Source: Octopus vulgaris (lineage: Eukaryota). Taken from it: 64,000 nt of DNA. Within the stretch, counting starts at the first letter, position 1, and each line of letters starts with the position of its first letter. A program made the position numbers and the translations under genes. Under the pieces are notes generated by a model. The model was not told where the DNA came from. It saw only the letters and a list, made by a program, of their open reading frames with translations, and ran no database searches. The stretch is from assembly GCA_951406725.2 (NCBI GenBank), contig OX597815.1, forward strand, positions 70,370,001 to 70,434,000, given 5' to 3'. Positions 1-13,398 of this stretch are shown one piece after another.

Positions 1-439
1 TATATATATATATATATATATCATTATTCAGTTTTATTTGCCAATAGAGAAAGACCCGGTTTCTAACCTAGATCCAAGGCTCCTTCATTGGAATTTCAAC
101 ATCAACAACGGGGTATTTTTGTATGTATGTATATATGTATGTATGTATGTAGGTAGGTAGGTAGGTAGGTAGGTAAGTAAGTAGGTAGATAGGTAGGTAT
201 GTATGTATGTATGTATGTATGTAGGTAGGTAGGTAGGTAGGTAGGTAGGTAGGTAGGTAGGTAGGTAAGTAGGTAGGTAAGTAGGTAGGTAAGTAGGTAG
301 GTAGGTAGGTAGCTAGGTAGGTAGGTAGGTAGGTATGCATGTATGTCCAGATTTGTATGTTTTCTGTATATGTTATCATGCATATAGTTACATATCTAGA
401 CATGCTCATATATATTTAAATAATTAACTTCTGGAAATT

Positions 440-840
440 TTACAGATTTTCACAGTTCCAGTGATGGCTTGGATCTGTAGTCTTCGAATTAGCTTTCCTC
501 TTTCTGGTTTTGAGAAGCCTAATTTCTCAAGATTGGTATTTAGGCAGTATGTCACATATCCCAGTGTCCCAATAATTACAGGTATAAACCTGAACTTGTA
601 ATTTGATTAGAGTAACCGCAAATATCCCAGTAGCTCAGCGTAGGTATTCACTTTTTTACTCATTTTCAGCTTTATGTTAACATCCAGAGGGCAGCTGATT
701 TCAACAACTTTACATAGTTTCTCTTCTCTGTCCCAAATCATTATATCAGGTCTATTGTGTTTACATTTTATTGAGGTTTTCAATAGTGGACATTCCACCA
801 ATACTTCTTTTTATTATGAGTGGTTATGACTTCCACCATC
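440..840 (-). pseudogene. RLE non-LTR retrotransposon (R4/Dong-like) endonuclease fragment
   Basis: HNRPDIMIWD..KVVEISCP...K..TY..L...FIPVIIGTLG: PD-(D/E)xK motif. Confidence 0.75.
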
Positions 841-1119
841 ATGTGGCTTCTTATGTATGTATGTATGTATGTATGTATGTATGTATGTATGTATGTATGT
901 ATGTATGTGTGTATGTATGTATGTAAGTATGTATGTACATATATAATAAGATTTTTAAAAATTGCTCAGGAGGATGACAAGGGAACAGAAAAACACACAT
1001 AAGATGCCGACATATTCATCCTTCATCAGATATCGACCAAAAATCTTCATGTATGTGTGTGTATATACGTATATACACATACACGCACGCACACACAATA
1101 CTATATTGTTTTACATTAT

Positions 1120-1354
1120 AAAGGGCGGCGAGCTGGCAGAAACGTTAGTACGCCGGGCGAAATGCGTAGCCGTATTTCGTCTGTCGTTACGTTCTGAGTT
1201 CAAATTCCGCCGAGGTCGACTTTGCCTTTCATCCTTTCGGGTCGATTAAATAAAGCACCAGTTTCGCACTGGGGTCGATGTAATCGACTTAATCCGTTTG
1301 TCTGTCCTTGTTTGTCCCCTCTACATTTAGCCCCTTGTGGACAGTAAAGAAATA
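1120..1354 (+). mobile_element. tRNA-derived SINE (family A) with 18-bp TSD
   Basis: GGCGGCGAGCTGGCAGAA A-box and GAGTTCAAATTCC B-box. TSD TATATTGTTTTACATTAT at 1102-1119 and 1355-1372. Confidence 0.85.
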
Positions 1355-1731
1355 TATATTGTTTTACATTATTATACATCGTATATGTATTATATATTAC
1401 ATAATACATATGAAATATAGTCTTTATACAAACGATAAAATAATTAACAAAAGAAGAAAAAAATAACAGAACAGCTCGTCAGACGGCAAAAGGTTTGTAG
1501 AGGTGAGGGTAAGTAAGCCTTTGTCAATCTGCTGGATGGTCTGTACCAGTATGTTGTCTGGATTATTTGAGCGTAATAGTAATTTACTGTAATGTACGAC
1601 ATGCATGTACTTAGAAGCAGAGGGTCAGCAACTAATCAGGCCTGAAATATTTTCTGACACTTAACAGAAATTCTTATCCTTTGGTTGCAATGTTAGCAAT
1701 CTATTAATTATGCAGTCGTAAACGATGATGG

Positions 1732-1798
<67 letters not shown>

Positions 1799-2443
1799 AT
1801 TTAGTCATAGGTGAATCCTAATAAAGGAGAACTGTGATCAAAGGCACACTGGACAGGTACAGTCATCTGTACTTTTCCTCTAAGTTTATATATAGGACAT
1901 CATTATTAAAAGTGTTATCGCTTTATTTTCAGTGTAAACACGTAACCTAGTAGTTAGGGTCTTGCACTCACGATCGAAAGATCATTGTTTCTATTCCCGG
2001 ACCAGACGGTGCGTTGTATTCTTCAACAACGCATTTCGTTTCTTGTTGTTCCAGTCCACTCAGCTTTAAATTAGTAACCCTGTGACATCCTGGCGTCCCG
2101 TTCAATGGGGGGAATATTGTGATCTCGGTTACTCAGACCGCAACGGAAACTGGGTAACGGGTTTCATGAGTAGTAGGATTTGAGACAGTATTTATTTACT
2201 TTACATTTTTTGCTCAAGACGATACGGCGTGATATGAGGGAAATTTTGGTCGCTATTTTTAGCAGATCGAGCGGCCAAATAAAGCAGAATGGGGAAGGGG
2301 ATGAGCAAATTGCGGATAAAAGTATAAAACTGCTTTTTATGAAATTAAGGTAGTTTTATACTGTTTTAATGTTGTCAAATATCATGGGGTAAAAAGAACT
2401 AATGGGGTGAAGAGCAAACCCTAGTTAAGAAATACCACTTATA

Positions 2444-2532
<89 letters not shown>

Positions 2533-5500
2533 AGCGGGTAGGTGTTCCGGTATTTGTCAGTTTGAGATCCTTGGCGGGGATTGGTCACTTTGGAGGGCAC
2601 AATTCCTTGGAGGAGTGTGACCCCGTGGAGTGTTAGCTTCCTTGGAGGAGTCAGTGAGGAGTAGTAAAAATATGGCTGACAAATTGATCAGGGCAAAATT
2701 GAGGCCAAACTTCAACTGAAGCCAACCTGGTTTGCCCCGTTTCTCGTAGGAAAGGGGCCCTGAGAAGATTGAAAAGGGGCACGCAAACTGCTGTATTTAA
2801 CAAAATTTAGTCAGCCCAAAAGTGTAGCAGAAGACACCTTTTCAATGTGCCACGCAGTGAGACTGAACCCAGAATCATGTGGTTGGGAAGCAAGCTTCTT
2901 ACCACACAGTTTCGCCTGCGCCTTTAATTTTACAAATTGATAGGTATTTGTAAATTATATTAAGTTATTGTTAAGATATTAAGTTTTAAACCGACGGCGT
3001 GCAGTTTAAAATTTGAATGCAGATTAAACATTCTCTGTTTCCGTAGACACTTTCGTTCAGGTCTAGTGTTTACTATGAACTTGATAGATTGTTTCCCTAA
3101 CGTGGGAAGTATAAAAGTATAAAATTTCAATTATTACAGGGCCCCTTAAAAGGAGTATGGTCATGCCTCTCCAAGGAAGCCTGGCCTCCACGCATGGGAA
3201 ACACGTCAATGAAATAAATATGATTTAGCGTCCTCAATGCAAATTTCGTCTGTGTTCACTCGGACATCTACAAGAAAACTAACGTCTTTGGCTGTAAAAA
3301 TATTTGTAAACATATATAGGTGCAGGCATAGCTGTGTGGTTCAGAAGCTCGCTTTGCAATCATGTTGTTTTGGGTTCAGTCTCACTGCGCGGAGCCTTAA
3401 GCAAATGTATTTTACTATAGCCTCGGTCCGACCAATGCCTTGTAAGTAAATTTGGTAGACGGAAACACTGTTGAAGACCACCGTATGTATGTATGCATGC
3501 ATGTATGAATGCATGCATGCATGCATATATGTATGCGTGTGTGTATTTCCTACACTACTTGATAATAGGTATTAGTTTGATTATATCCCCATAACTTAGG
3601 GGTTCGGCAAAAGAATCCGACAGAATAACCAGACTTTAAAAAAATAAACTTAAGTAATGAGATGAATTTGTTCGACTACAACTCTTCAGGGCGATGCCCC
3701 AGCATGGCCGCTGTCCAGTGATTGAAACAAGTAAACGATAAAAAGTAAAAGATATAACATAGTTCTGGCGGTTTCCCAAAAATGTAAAAATGCTGCGCAA
3801 ACTCGTATAAAAACTCGTTTGTTTTATTTATTATTTATGAATGTTTTCTAACATGATGAGATTGTAACATGCTGTAGCAATAAGATAACGATCAGATGAA
3901 CATTTCTTGTTCTTCAACAATGTTTCCTGAATTAATCTTAAACTATTTAAGAATCATTATTTTGTCTTTTACATAGTTATGATTGTTCATTTTCCCATCA
4001 AGGAGAAAATATGCGTCATCACAAGGTATGAAAGTGAACGAATGCTTGGCTTTACATAAATTAACAAATTCAAAATATTTTGGCTTGTCTGGTTTGTTGA
4101 GTTCATGTACCTTTGACATTTTATGAAAAGATACAGGGTGAGATTATTGTTATTATACACTAGAATTATGATTTTGGTAGTATTTTATTACAATATACGA
4201 TCTGGGCGATATCTGAAGATATGACTTGGTCATTACAGCTGTGTTTCCAAAGAAGTTTCTTGATATGCGACTAGATTTTAGTTTTATCACTGACTATAAA
4301 TTTCTGCAAAGTATTTATCAAGTTTTGAAACACTCGTAGCATCATGCTTTTTAGCGGGGTTTTTGTTTTGTAGTTAGATGATAATGATGAAGATGATGAT
4401 GATAATAATGTTGAAGATGACATCGACGACGATGACAATGATGATGATGACATCTTTATTAACCAATACGGGTTCACAAAAAGCTGGACGATTCTATGAA
4501 ACCTCACAAAACCATGGTCACCCTGGACACTGGGGCAAATGCTCTCTCTCTCTCACCCTATCTATCATCCGATAATGGGTGTGAAAACTCGTGGCTCAGA
4601 AATTTTGTTCTTGTTGATGGCCACCACATCTGTATGTAGTGATCTAAGGTAGTTTAGCAAGTTGCTTCCAAGGCGCCCCCAGGCTAAGCGCACTATACTG
4701 CTTCTTCTAAGTAAAGCCATTTGAAGTAAGGAGTGAAAGCCCCACCTATCTTATTCCTATGGAAGACAGGTTCTCCATCCCTCCGGCTGATTGCCGGGTC
4801 TTTTTCCACAGGCTGTACTTTTGTTTTTATATTTGCTTATATTTTCACTAAAGTCTCCCACTCCTTTGGCATTTACTTTTTAAAGATGTAGGTGTATTGT
4901 ATTTGGATGATTTTATGCATGCTGGAATGTTATTTGTTAATGTAATGCAATTATTGTGTGCGATGCTTGTTAGTGCATGTGATCCATTAGTTTTTTTTAA
5001 ATAACATGTGTTTATGACAGTGTAGGTAATAATTTATTTTTGTTCGCGTTGGGTGATGTGTTATGACTGTTGTTAGTGCAAACTATATTGTTCTTGTGCT
5101 TATAATGGTGGTGTCTGTGACCGTGGTGGTAATGATGATGAGCACGATAGTATTGATAGATCTAGCGTAGCTGGGGTTGTGTTGGCGCATTATTGCTCAA
5201 AAGCATCTCCTCCAGTTGTTTATATCTGCAAGTTCTTTTTGTAGGTATGTTTTCGTTTCTTTGTTATTTTGCATAAGTAACTTTTTGCCGTTTAGCCTCA
5301 GCGTTACCGCTTCCACAAGATATATCTAAGAGGTCCCATGCGGGAAAGGGAATATCTTGGGATCAGTGTCTTTTTGTTTTTGTTGTTGTTGATTAAGGGT
5401 TTTCGGTTGCTGTTGTTGTTGGTGATGTGGTGGATATAGAGGGTGGTATTCTTTTGTTGCTTTTGCTGCAGTTGCTTCCACTCTTAATATTGTTGTTCCC

Positions 5501-7219
5501 GTTGGTGCTGTAGGTGATGCTTCCTGTCTCTAGCTGTTGCTGCAATTTGCATGCTGTTGTTGTAGTTACTGTGATTATTAGCGTTGTGGTTGCTGCTATT
5601 GTTGTTGATGTTGAACTTGTCTTGTTGACGGTAGTGGATACCTTTCAATTATCATTTTCCGGTGTTGTTGAGAGCAGAAAACCTTGAGGTGATTGGTGTT
5701 TCAACAGTTGTAGCTTTGAGTCCTTCTACACTCCATAGCCATCTGCATATTCTGCCTTCCTGGGATCTCTTAGGTCAGGGATTTTGTCTAGTGTCTCGGG
5801 TTTTACCTGAATCAGAATCTCCAACCCCATTCCGATCTAATTTTCTGCTCGGAATCATTTTATTTCTAGCAGTGTGCCAAGGTCTTCCAAAACCACACAT
5901 TTCACCGCCCACTTGAAGTCTAGTTCTGGTGGCTTGATGATATGCTAAGATTTTTACTGGGGGTCACTTTTTCTCCCAGGTAAACCGTTATAAGGGTAAA
6001 ACCTTCAGTTCTTTGTGGGACAGTGGAGTGCATCCGGGTTAGATTTCCGAGTGATACAGTCGAACTTACTGGTATGTTGCACAAAATTAATGTCTCTCCA
6101 CACGTTTCTTAAATTGAGTGCAGCTTGGTCTGAAGGTATTATATCTTCAAAAGGCAAGTGGCATGACAGAATCGTTTAAAGCGTCGGAAAAAATGCATCG
6201 TGATATTTCTCCTATTGTCTGCTATTATCCCTTAATTTCTGTATATTTTTGTCACATTTGAGAAGAGTAATGAGCAAAAAATTTGACCGTTTTACCTTCT
6301 TTTACTGAATACCAACGACCAGTCTTTAGACATAAAACATTAAGAAACCATCGAGTTCCATTTTTACAATTGACCTGCATTTTAAAACTTACATTTTCAG
6401 TTAAATCTATTTGACAGTTTTAGATTTTTTTTTACTGAATATCAATAATCAGTCTCTAACGATAAAATATGAGGTGCTATAGCGTTCCATTTTTACAATG
6501 ATTAATTTACCTACATTATAAAAATTATATTTTCAATAAAAAGATTTGAACGTCTTACATTTCTTCCCAGAATACCAACGACCAGCCGCGTATAATAAAA
6601 CATCGGAAAGCAACTTGCCTACATTATGAGAATTATATTTTATATAAAAGAGCCATGAAGGCCAAAAGATTTTATAGCAATTCGTCTAAAATAACAGCCG
6701 AAAAGACAGCCGTTGTTTGCGAATATTCTATTTATAATTTTCAACTTGATCAAATTTTCCAACAACAAAAGACGGGTGTTTAATTAATTATCCACAAGAA
6801 TATGTAATTAGGTTTGTTCTAATTACATATTTTAACATTTGTAGCTAAATACAGAGAGGGTAAACATCTTTCACAACTGAAGGACAGTAAGTTCATATTT
6901 TTTGGCTGCATTCAGCGTCAATGTCGTTAGAACTACAACATGCTTCTTGGCTATTTATCTGTAGAGATATCCGTGATTTATCTTTTGGTGAAGTAAACTT
7001 GTAAAAACATGCAAGAGAAATTTTGTGATATTGCATAAATTGAAATCATTATGTAATGTGTGAGTGTGGATATATATGCGTGTATGTGTATGTGTGAGTG
7101 TGTGCATACATACATACATACTGATGTATATATGAAGCATGTATGTATGCATGCATGTATGTATGTATGTATGTATGTATGTATGTATGTATGTATGTAT
7201 GTATGTATGTATGTATGTA

Positions 7220-8290
7220 CTGATGTCATATGAAGCACGGTTTGTGACACTGAAACAACATCTGCAGCAGAGGAAAGAGACCAATAACAACCCTGCCCAA
7301 GACTGTGACCATGAAACCAACTACATAATTAGGATAGCTAATGAACTTAATGAAATAATAACTGATACAGATTTCTCCTCAAAGAGCATTGCTAAAATCT
7401 ATTTATCAGAAGAAGAACCAGTTCACTGAGAAGATAATACTCGGGTACTTGGCACATAAAACACAAACCATAGAAAGGGCTGATCGTGTCAGCAGCTTGG
7501 CATGGAGTACCGACAAGTTTATTTCACCCCACTTTGAAGGCTACATCCATGCAATCCAAGAACAAGAGATCCCTACCAAGTATCTACAATAGAAAAGGCA
7601 GAAAACAACCAAATTATTGCCAATGGTGAGAGAATGTCTTCCAGATATTATCTTCCCATGAGACATGACACAGCGGCCAGAACGTTCTGAAATAGGATAA
7701 CAAAAATGGAGAATACCTACAGAGTTGACCATATTGAGACCTACAGAGTTGACCATATTGAGACCGATGGGTCAAAAGGATACTAGTGGTACTTGAAAAT
7801 TAAAACAGCCATCAAGTTAAAACACAACCGACCAAACATCGTTGTGTGGGGCCACAAAGAAAAAATATGTTCTGTTGTGGAAATCAGCTTACCCTGGACA
7901 CGAATGTGGTTAGAAAATACAAGAGAAAGAGGACAACGAAAGAAACAAATAGAAACGAGACAGGCAACATAAAGAACAATCCCTTCATCAGTTGTCTACT
8001 GTTTTATCTACTCCGCATTGCGAGCGTTTGGACTAGATGCGTCTTTGTCAAAACAGTCGTTCCTGCAAAGCAAAGATTATTGGAGCAACAGGATAACCGT
8101 TATTATTGGAGCAACAAAATATATACCAATCCGTTGGAGCAAAGTATGACTGAACTTGGAATACGCTATAAACGATCATGTCATTTGGAAGCTCTGCAAG
8201 CTTTTCTTAAGATTTGAAGGATGACCATTAAATCAAGATACTTTCCTTCACAACCTTACTAATCTAACTCGGTGGCCGGGCAAAATTTAC
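7220..8290 (+). pseudogene. RLE non-LTR (R4/Dong-like) fragments, interrupted by another repeat
   Basis: AWSTDKFISPHFEGYIHAIQEQEIPTKYL and KHNRPNIVVW..SVVEIS. Confidence 0.6.
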
Positions 8291-9313
8291 TCTAAATTAT
8301 GAAGAGAAAGAGAAGGCGTACATACATACATACATGCATGCATACATACATACAAACATGCATACATACATAAATACATACATACATATATACATACTTA
8401 CATGCCTACAAGCATAATACTCACTTGGCATAACAATTATTAATGTTATAATGATTAGCGGCATTTCGTCCGTTTTTCGTTTCGAGTTCAAATTCCGCCG
8501 GTGTCGACTTTGCCCTTCATCCTCTTGAGGTTGATAAAAGAAGTACCAGTCGAGCACTGGGGTCGATATAATCAATTTACTCCCTTCCCCGAAATTACTG
8601 GCCTTGTGCCAAAATTCGAAACCAATATTACAATAATAGGGGCGAGTGGAGGAATCGGTAGAGCGTCGGACAAAATTCCTTGCGTAAGTTCCTGCACTTT
8701 AAGGCCTCAGTTCAAATTCTACCGAGATCAACTTTGCCTTTGATCCTTCTGAGGACAGTAAAATCAAACAGGTGCATGATTATTCCCCAGGGCGGTGTCC
8801 CAGTATGGCTGCGGTCAAATGACTGAAACAAGTAAAAGACATGATAAATGCACCGAGAATATTTCTATCAACTCACATTGTAGTGTATTCCGCCACAAGT
8901 TGGCCTTGTATTCACGAAAGAAATCGTTTTCACAGCCGTAGTCGTGGTAGTCGCTGTTGTTGTTGCTGATAGTGATGGTGAGGCTGTTGTGTTTGTGTTG
9001 TAGCCATGTTTGTACGTAAGCACGCCATGTATCAAGAATAAACGTGCTTGTTTGATTGTTGTTCAACGAGTCTTGTCTTCAGTTGTCGAACAATTGTCAG
9101 TTGAATAATAGAAGAAAAAACTGGGAGAACAAAAGATCGGTTTCTCTTTCCCTGTGTGTGTGTGTATTTGCCTCTCTCTCTCTCTCTTTCCACCCCCTCT
9201 CTCACTCTCTCTCTCTTCCTCTCTCGATATATATATTATATTATATAATATTATATAATATTATATATAATATAATATAATATAAATAATATATATCTCT
9301 GCATATATATATA

Positions 9314-9529
9314 TATATATTAGAAAAATTGAGGTAATCAGATCAGATGGTTCATATTTGTAGATATTTATTTATATATTACATTTTTTACATATATATC
9401 ATATCATTCGGATTAGCGCTTGCTCCCATTCTAGTGGGTTTTCAAATCAAATCAGTTGTGGGTAGTTTGAACCTTTTTATAGTTTCGTAGTAGTGGGTGA
9501 GGAGGAAGTGAGACAGAGAGAAAATATGT

Positions 9530-9603
<74 letters not shown>

Positions 9604-9809
9604 ATTTATATCTGAGAGTGAAGAAGTGTTATTTCCGTTGGTCTGCTGGACCCCCTGTGGTTTTATAAGAACTTTGGCTGTCCATTTCAATGTCACTGAG
9701 TGTGTGTTGTGCATAGGTTGGCCTGGCAAATGTCATTTGGGGTCACACTTTCTATGATCATTCTGTGGAGGTGTGTGTGTGTGTGTGTCTCTCTGTGTGT
9801 CTGTGTGTG

Positions 9810-9863
<54 letters not shown>

Positions 9864-10805
9864 TGTGTGTTTGGAGAAGGGGAGAGAGACAAAAAGAGAA
9901 AAGGGAAAATAAAAATAATAATAATAAAAATAAAAAATTAAAAAATTAAAAAAATAAAATAAAATAAAAACAAAAAATAAAAAATAAAATAAAAAAATAT
10001 AAAGAATAAATAAAAATATAAAGAATAAAAAATAAAAATAAAAATAAAAATAAAAATAAAAATAAGGGAGGAAGTGGAGAAGAAAAAATATTTTTGTGTG
10101 TTGATATTTATACCAACACATATATATACACACACACACAGACTTATACATAAAATATTTGAAAAAACCTTTTTATCGGTTCAAAATGAACAACCAAATT
10201 ATACCATCTTGAAAGTTGTATGTCATAGGAAAGTTAAAATTAAAGTGACAATTAAAGGGTAAAGATGGAAGTGAATTATAAAGATAATAATATAATATGA
10301 TGTATATAACAGGCAATACACACATCTACACACACACAGATTTTTCCTTCAATGTATGTTGAGTAAAGTTTCAGCCATTTAATTTGGGGGAGAACTTAGC
10401 TATGAAATGTTTTTCCATATTCCTCCTGAAGGGGGTGTCATTCTTCGGACACTTGTAGAAGGGAAATATCTTAAATTTTCCTTCTCCACATGTAGCTAGG
10501 TGTGTGCTTAGTGGTATTTTGCGTAGTTCTTCCTGCCGAATATGTTGTCGGTGGATCCTGGCTCGCTGGCACAAAGAATTACCAGTTTCTCCTACGTAAT
10601 TCTCCTTGCATGTGGGGCAGGTTATGCAGTATATGACGTTCTGCGTCTTGCAGTTCATATCTGCATTTACTTTGAATATGACACCATTTTTAAATCTTAT
10701 CTCTCTGTTGCTCTCTATGTATTTGTAGGTGGGGTTGCTGCAGGTCCCACATCTACCATCTCCGCACTCTTTTGCAAAGAATTCCGTTTTAGTTTCTGAA
10801 GAGAA
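9314..10805 (-). repeat. Inverted copy of the PLE 3' part (EN C-terminus + 3'UTR)
   Basis: ORF 10371..10916(-) is identical to the RT ORF from FSSETK to PKLNG. The UTR and its (CA)n tracts are mirrored. Confidence 0.95.
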
Positions 10806-11161
10806 ACCACACAAACACCAACCCCATGCAACCCCACAAATTTCCAAGATGGATAAAAAACAACTCCCACTATCAATACAATACAAACACAATACATGAA
10901 CCATCCACCTACCCACAAAGAAACCTGAACCCCAGTAATAAATATTGGCTCAACCAACACAGAAGATGGGAAGAAAACAACTACCAAAGACAAAACAACA
11001 CATACAGACCACACAGACCACCCCAACTACAAGAAAACCTAAGAACTGAAAATGGAATTTGGAGACGTAACAACACAACCCATTTTTTAGGGAGAGGATA
11101 CTTCAACCATACTCCAGACCCAATACACCAAAAATTCCGGATGAACTCCCAAAACACATAG
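10806..11161 (+). CDS. 5'-truncated upstream ORF1 of the PLE (N/Q/P/R/Y-rich), overlapping the RT frame
   Basis: Frame is open from the inversion junction (10805/10806) to TAG 11159-11161. It overlaps the RT frame by 91 nt and reads THFLGRG across TTTTTTAGGG. Confidence 0.6.
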
Positions 11162-13398
11162 ACCCCAAAATAATAAACTTATCTAAAAGAGAACTTGACG
11201 AATATGAAATGAACCTACTACTAAAAGGCCTCAAATTTACACCTACACCCACTCCAAACCTCATAGAACTAAAAACTGACATAGATAACTTCAGCCGCTA
11301 CCTCCGCCTCATGGAATTCTTTGAAAATAAAGAAACAGAAGATAACTCAATCATAAGAAAAAAATCCCACTTCACCCCTTACAAGGGAAGTGACAAACAC
11401 CTTGACACGTACATAGAAACAATATCCAAATTCCCTCTTCACACACACAAATGCAAACAGAATCTCCGCAGAGAAGAAAAACAAGCCCTACAAAAACTGA
11501 AAAATGACAAATCAATCGTTATAAAAGAAGCTGACAAAGGTGGAGCAATAGTAATTATGGACACAGATTACTACAAAGAAAAGATACTAGAGTTACTGAA
11601 CAACCAGACATATTACAAAGAGGAACCAACACCACCGGAGAAAACAACAATAAGAAAAATTAGAACTTTAGTCAATGAATATCAGGACTCCTTTACAGAT
11701 AAGGAGGAAGATTATCTATGCAACTCACAAACCAAAGAAAGCAACTTTTATGGATTACCTAAAATTCATAAAAGCTCGGAAATACAGAGAGCCATAAAGG
11801 AACAGAGGAACCACTACATAAGAGTACAAAGACCTGCAGACCTCACGATGAGACCAATAGTGGCAGGACCCCAGGCACCAACACAACAACTAAGCCACTT
11901 CATAGATATACTCCTCAAACCTCTATGCCCACAGATTCCAAGCTACATAAGGGATGACATAGACTTCCTCACACACATTCCAAATACAGTCCCGAAAAAC
12001 ACCATACTTGCAAGCTTTGATGTCACAAATCTATACACAAACATACCACACACCCTAGGTCTAGAAGCTATAAAACAATCAATAGAAAAATACAGAGAAC
12101 TTATAGATGAACGCTTCAAGACAAACTTTATCACCCAAGCCACCCAACTAATACTAGAAGAAAACACATTCTCATTCAACAACAAGACATACCGACAGAT
12201 AAAAGGCACGGCTATGGGTACAAAATTCGCACCTTCATATGCCAACCTAGTGATGGGCTTCCTGGAGAAAAAACTATATGACGAAATAGGGAAAGTCTTC
12301 GAACACGACTTCAGAGAAGACATCAAGAAAAAGTGGAAACGCTACCTCGATGACTGTTTCATCTTTTGGAACAGATCAGAAGAGGACCTACAAACATTCC
12401 ACAACATCCTCAATACGCTGCACCCATCTATCAATTTCACAATAGATACCAGCCACAACGAACTTCCCTTCCTAGACATCAACATCAAAATACACAACTC
12501 CATCGTCACAACAGACATCCACTACAAAAAAACTGACACACATCAATACTTAAATTTCCACTCCTGCCACCCATCCCACACAAAAAGAAACATCCCATAT
12601 AGTATGGCACGACGAATATGTAGCATAGTAACTGATTCACAAATACGATTAATAAGACTAGATGAACTCAAAAGCTTCCTCCTAGAGCAAAAATACCCCC
12701 TTAAACTAATAGAAAATGGAATCACAAGAGCATTAAAACTAGACATCACACAACTCAGGACACCCAAAACAAAAAACAAAGAAAACACTATCCCTTTTAT
12801 AAACACACACAACCCTGGAGTTACCAACATCTTCCAAACCATACATTCAAACCTACCAATAGCCTTACAGAGCCCCAAAATGAAAAACATATTAAACAAA
12901 TATAGCATAAAAAACAGTAGACGACAGGACAAAAACCTAAAAAAACACCTAACAAGAGCGAAATTCTCTTCAGAAACTAAAACGGAATTCTTTGCAAAAG
13001 AGTGCGGAGATGGTAGATGTGGGACCTGCAGCAACCCCACCTACAAATACATAGAGAGCAACAGAGAGATAAGATTTAAAAATGGTGTCATATTCAAAGT
13101 AAATGCAGATATGAACTGCAAGACGCAGAACGTCATATACTGCATAACCTGCCCCACATGCAAGGAGAATTACGTAGGAGAAACTGGTAATTCTTTGTGC
13201 CAGCGAGCCAGGATCCACCGACAACATATTCGGCAGGAAGAACTACGCAAAATACCACTAAGCACACACCTAGCTACATGTGGAGAAGGAAAATTTAAGA
13301 TATTTCCCTTCTACAAGTGTCCGAAGAATGACACCCCCTTCAGGAGGAATATGGAAAAACATTTCATAGCTAAGTTCTCCCCCAAATTAAATGGCTGA
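11071..13398 (+). CDS. PLE reverse transcriptase + GIY-YIG endonuclease (frame open from 11071; first ATG 11209)
   Basis: RT motifs: IINLS..L...E..LL.KGLKF, EADKGG, FYGLPKIHK, RPIVAG, SFDVTNLYTNIP, QIKGTAMG, RYLDD, LPFLDI, SCHP. Linker CGDGRCGTC. Endonuclease: VIYCITCPTC..YVGET..R..H..H, ending KFSPKLN. Confidence 0.95.
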   Translation, partial: QHNPFFRERILQPYSRPNTPKIPDELPKHIDPKIINLSKRELDEYEMNLLLKGLKFTPTPTPNLIELKTDIDNFSRYLRLMEFFENKETEDNSIIRKKSHFTPYKGSDKHLDTYIETISKFPLHTHKCKQNLRREEKQALQKLKNDKSIVIKEADKGGAIVIMDTDYYKEKILELLNNQTYYKEEPTPPEKTTIRKIRTLVNEYQDSFTDKEEDYLCNSQTKESNFYGLPKIHKSSEIQRAIKEQRNHYIRVQRPADLTMRPIVAGPQAPTQQLSHFIDILLKPLCPQIPSYIRDDIDFLTHIPNTVPKNTILASFDVTNLYTNIPHTLGLEAIKQSIEKYRELIDERFKTNFITQATQLILEENTFSFNNKTYRQIKGTAMGTKFAPSYANLVMGFLEKKLYDEIGKVFEHDFREDIKKKWKRYLDDCFIFWNRSEEDLQTFHNILNTLHPSINFTIDTSHNELPFLDINIKIHNSIVTTDIHYKKTDTHQYLNFHSCHPSHTKRNIPYSMARRICSIVTDSQIRLIRLDELKSFLLEQKYPLKLIENGITRALKLDITQLRTPKTKNKENTIPFINTHNPGVTNIFQTIHSNLPIALQSPKMKNILNKYSIKNSRRQDKNLKKHLTRAKFSSETKTEFFAKECGDGRCGTCSNPTYKYIESNREIRFKNGVIFKVNADMNCKTQNVIYCITCPTCKENYVGETGNSLCQRARIHRQHIRQEELRKIPLSTHLATCGEGKFKIFPFYKCPKNDTPFRRNMEKHFIAKFSPKLNG
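11083..11092 (+). other. Candidate -1 programmed ribosomal frameshift site U_UUU_UUA_GGG
   Basis: X XXY YYZ heptamer at 11083-11089 is in phase with ORF1. The -1 frame is the RT frame, which opens 12 nt upstream (TAA 11068-11070). Confidence 0.6.

Noticed and set aside
10371-10916. 181-aa standalone GIY-YIG ORF on the minus strand
   Set aside because: It is a chimera across the inversion junction: the EN copy plus the antisense of ORF1.
11943-13040. Antisense ORFs inside the RT
   Set aside because: Shadow frames of an A/C-rich coding strand, with no motifs.
13396-13398. Possible selenocysteine readthrough of the PLE TGA (some Naiad PLEs are reported to use Sec)
   Set aside because: The TGA follows the normal terminal PxLN motif, there is no internal in-frame TGA, and I see no convincing SECIS.
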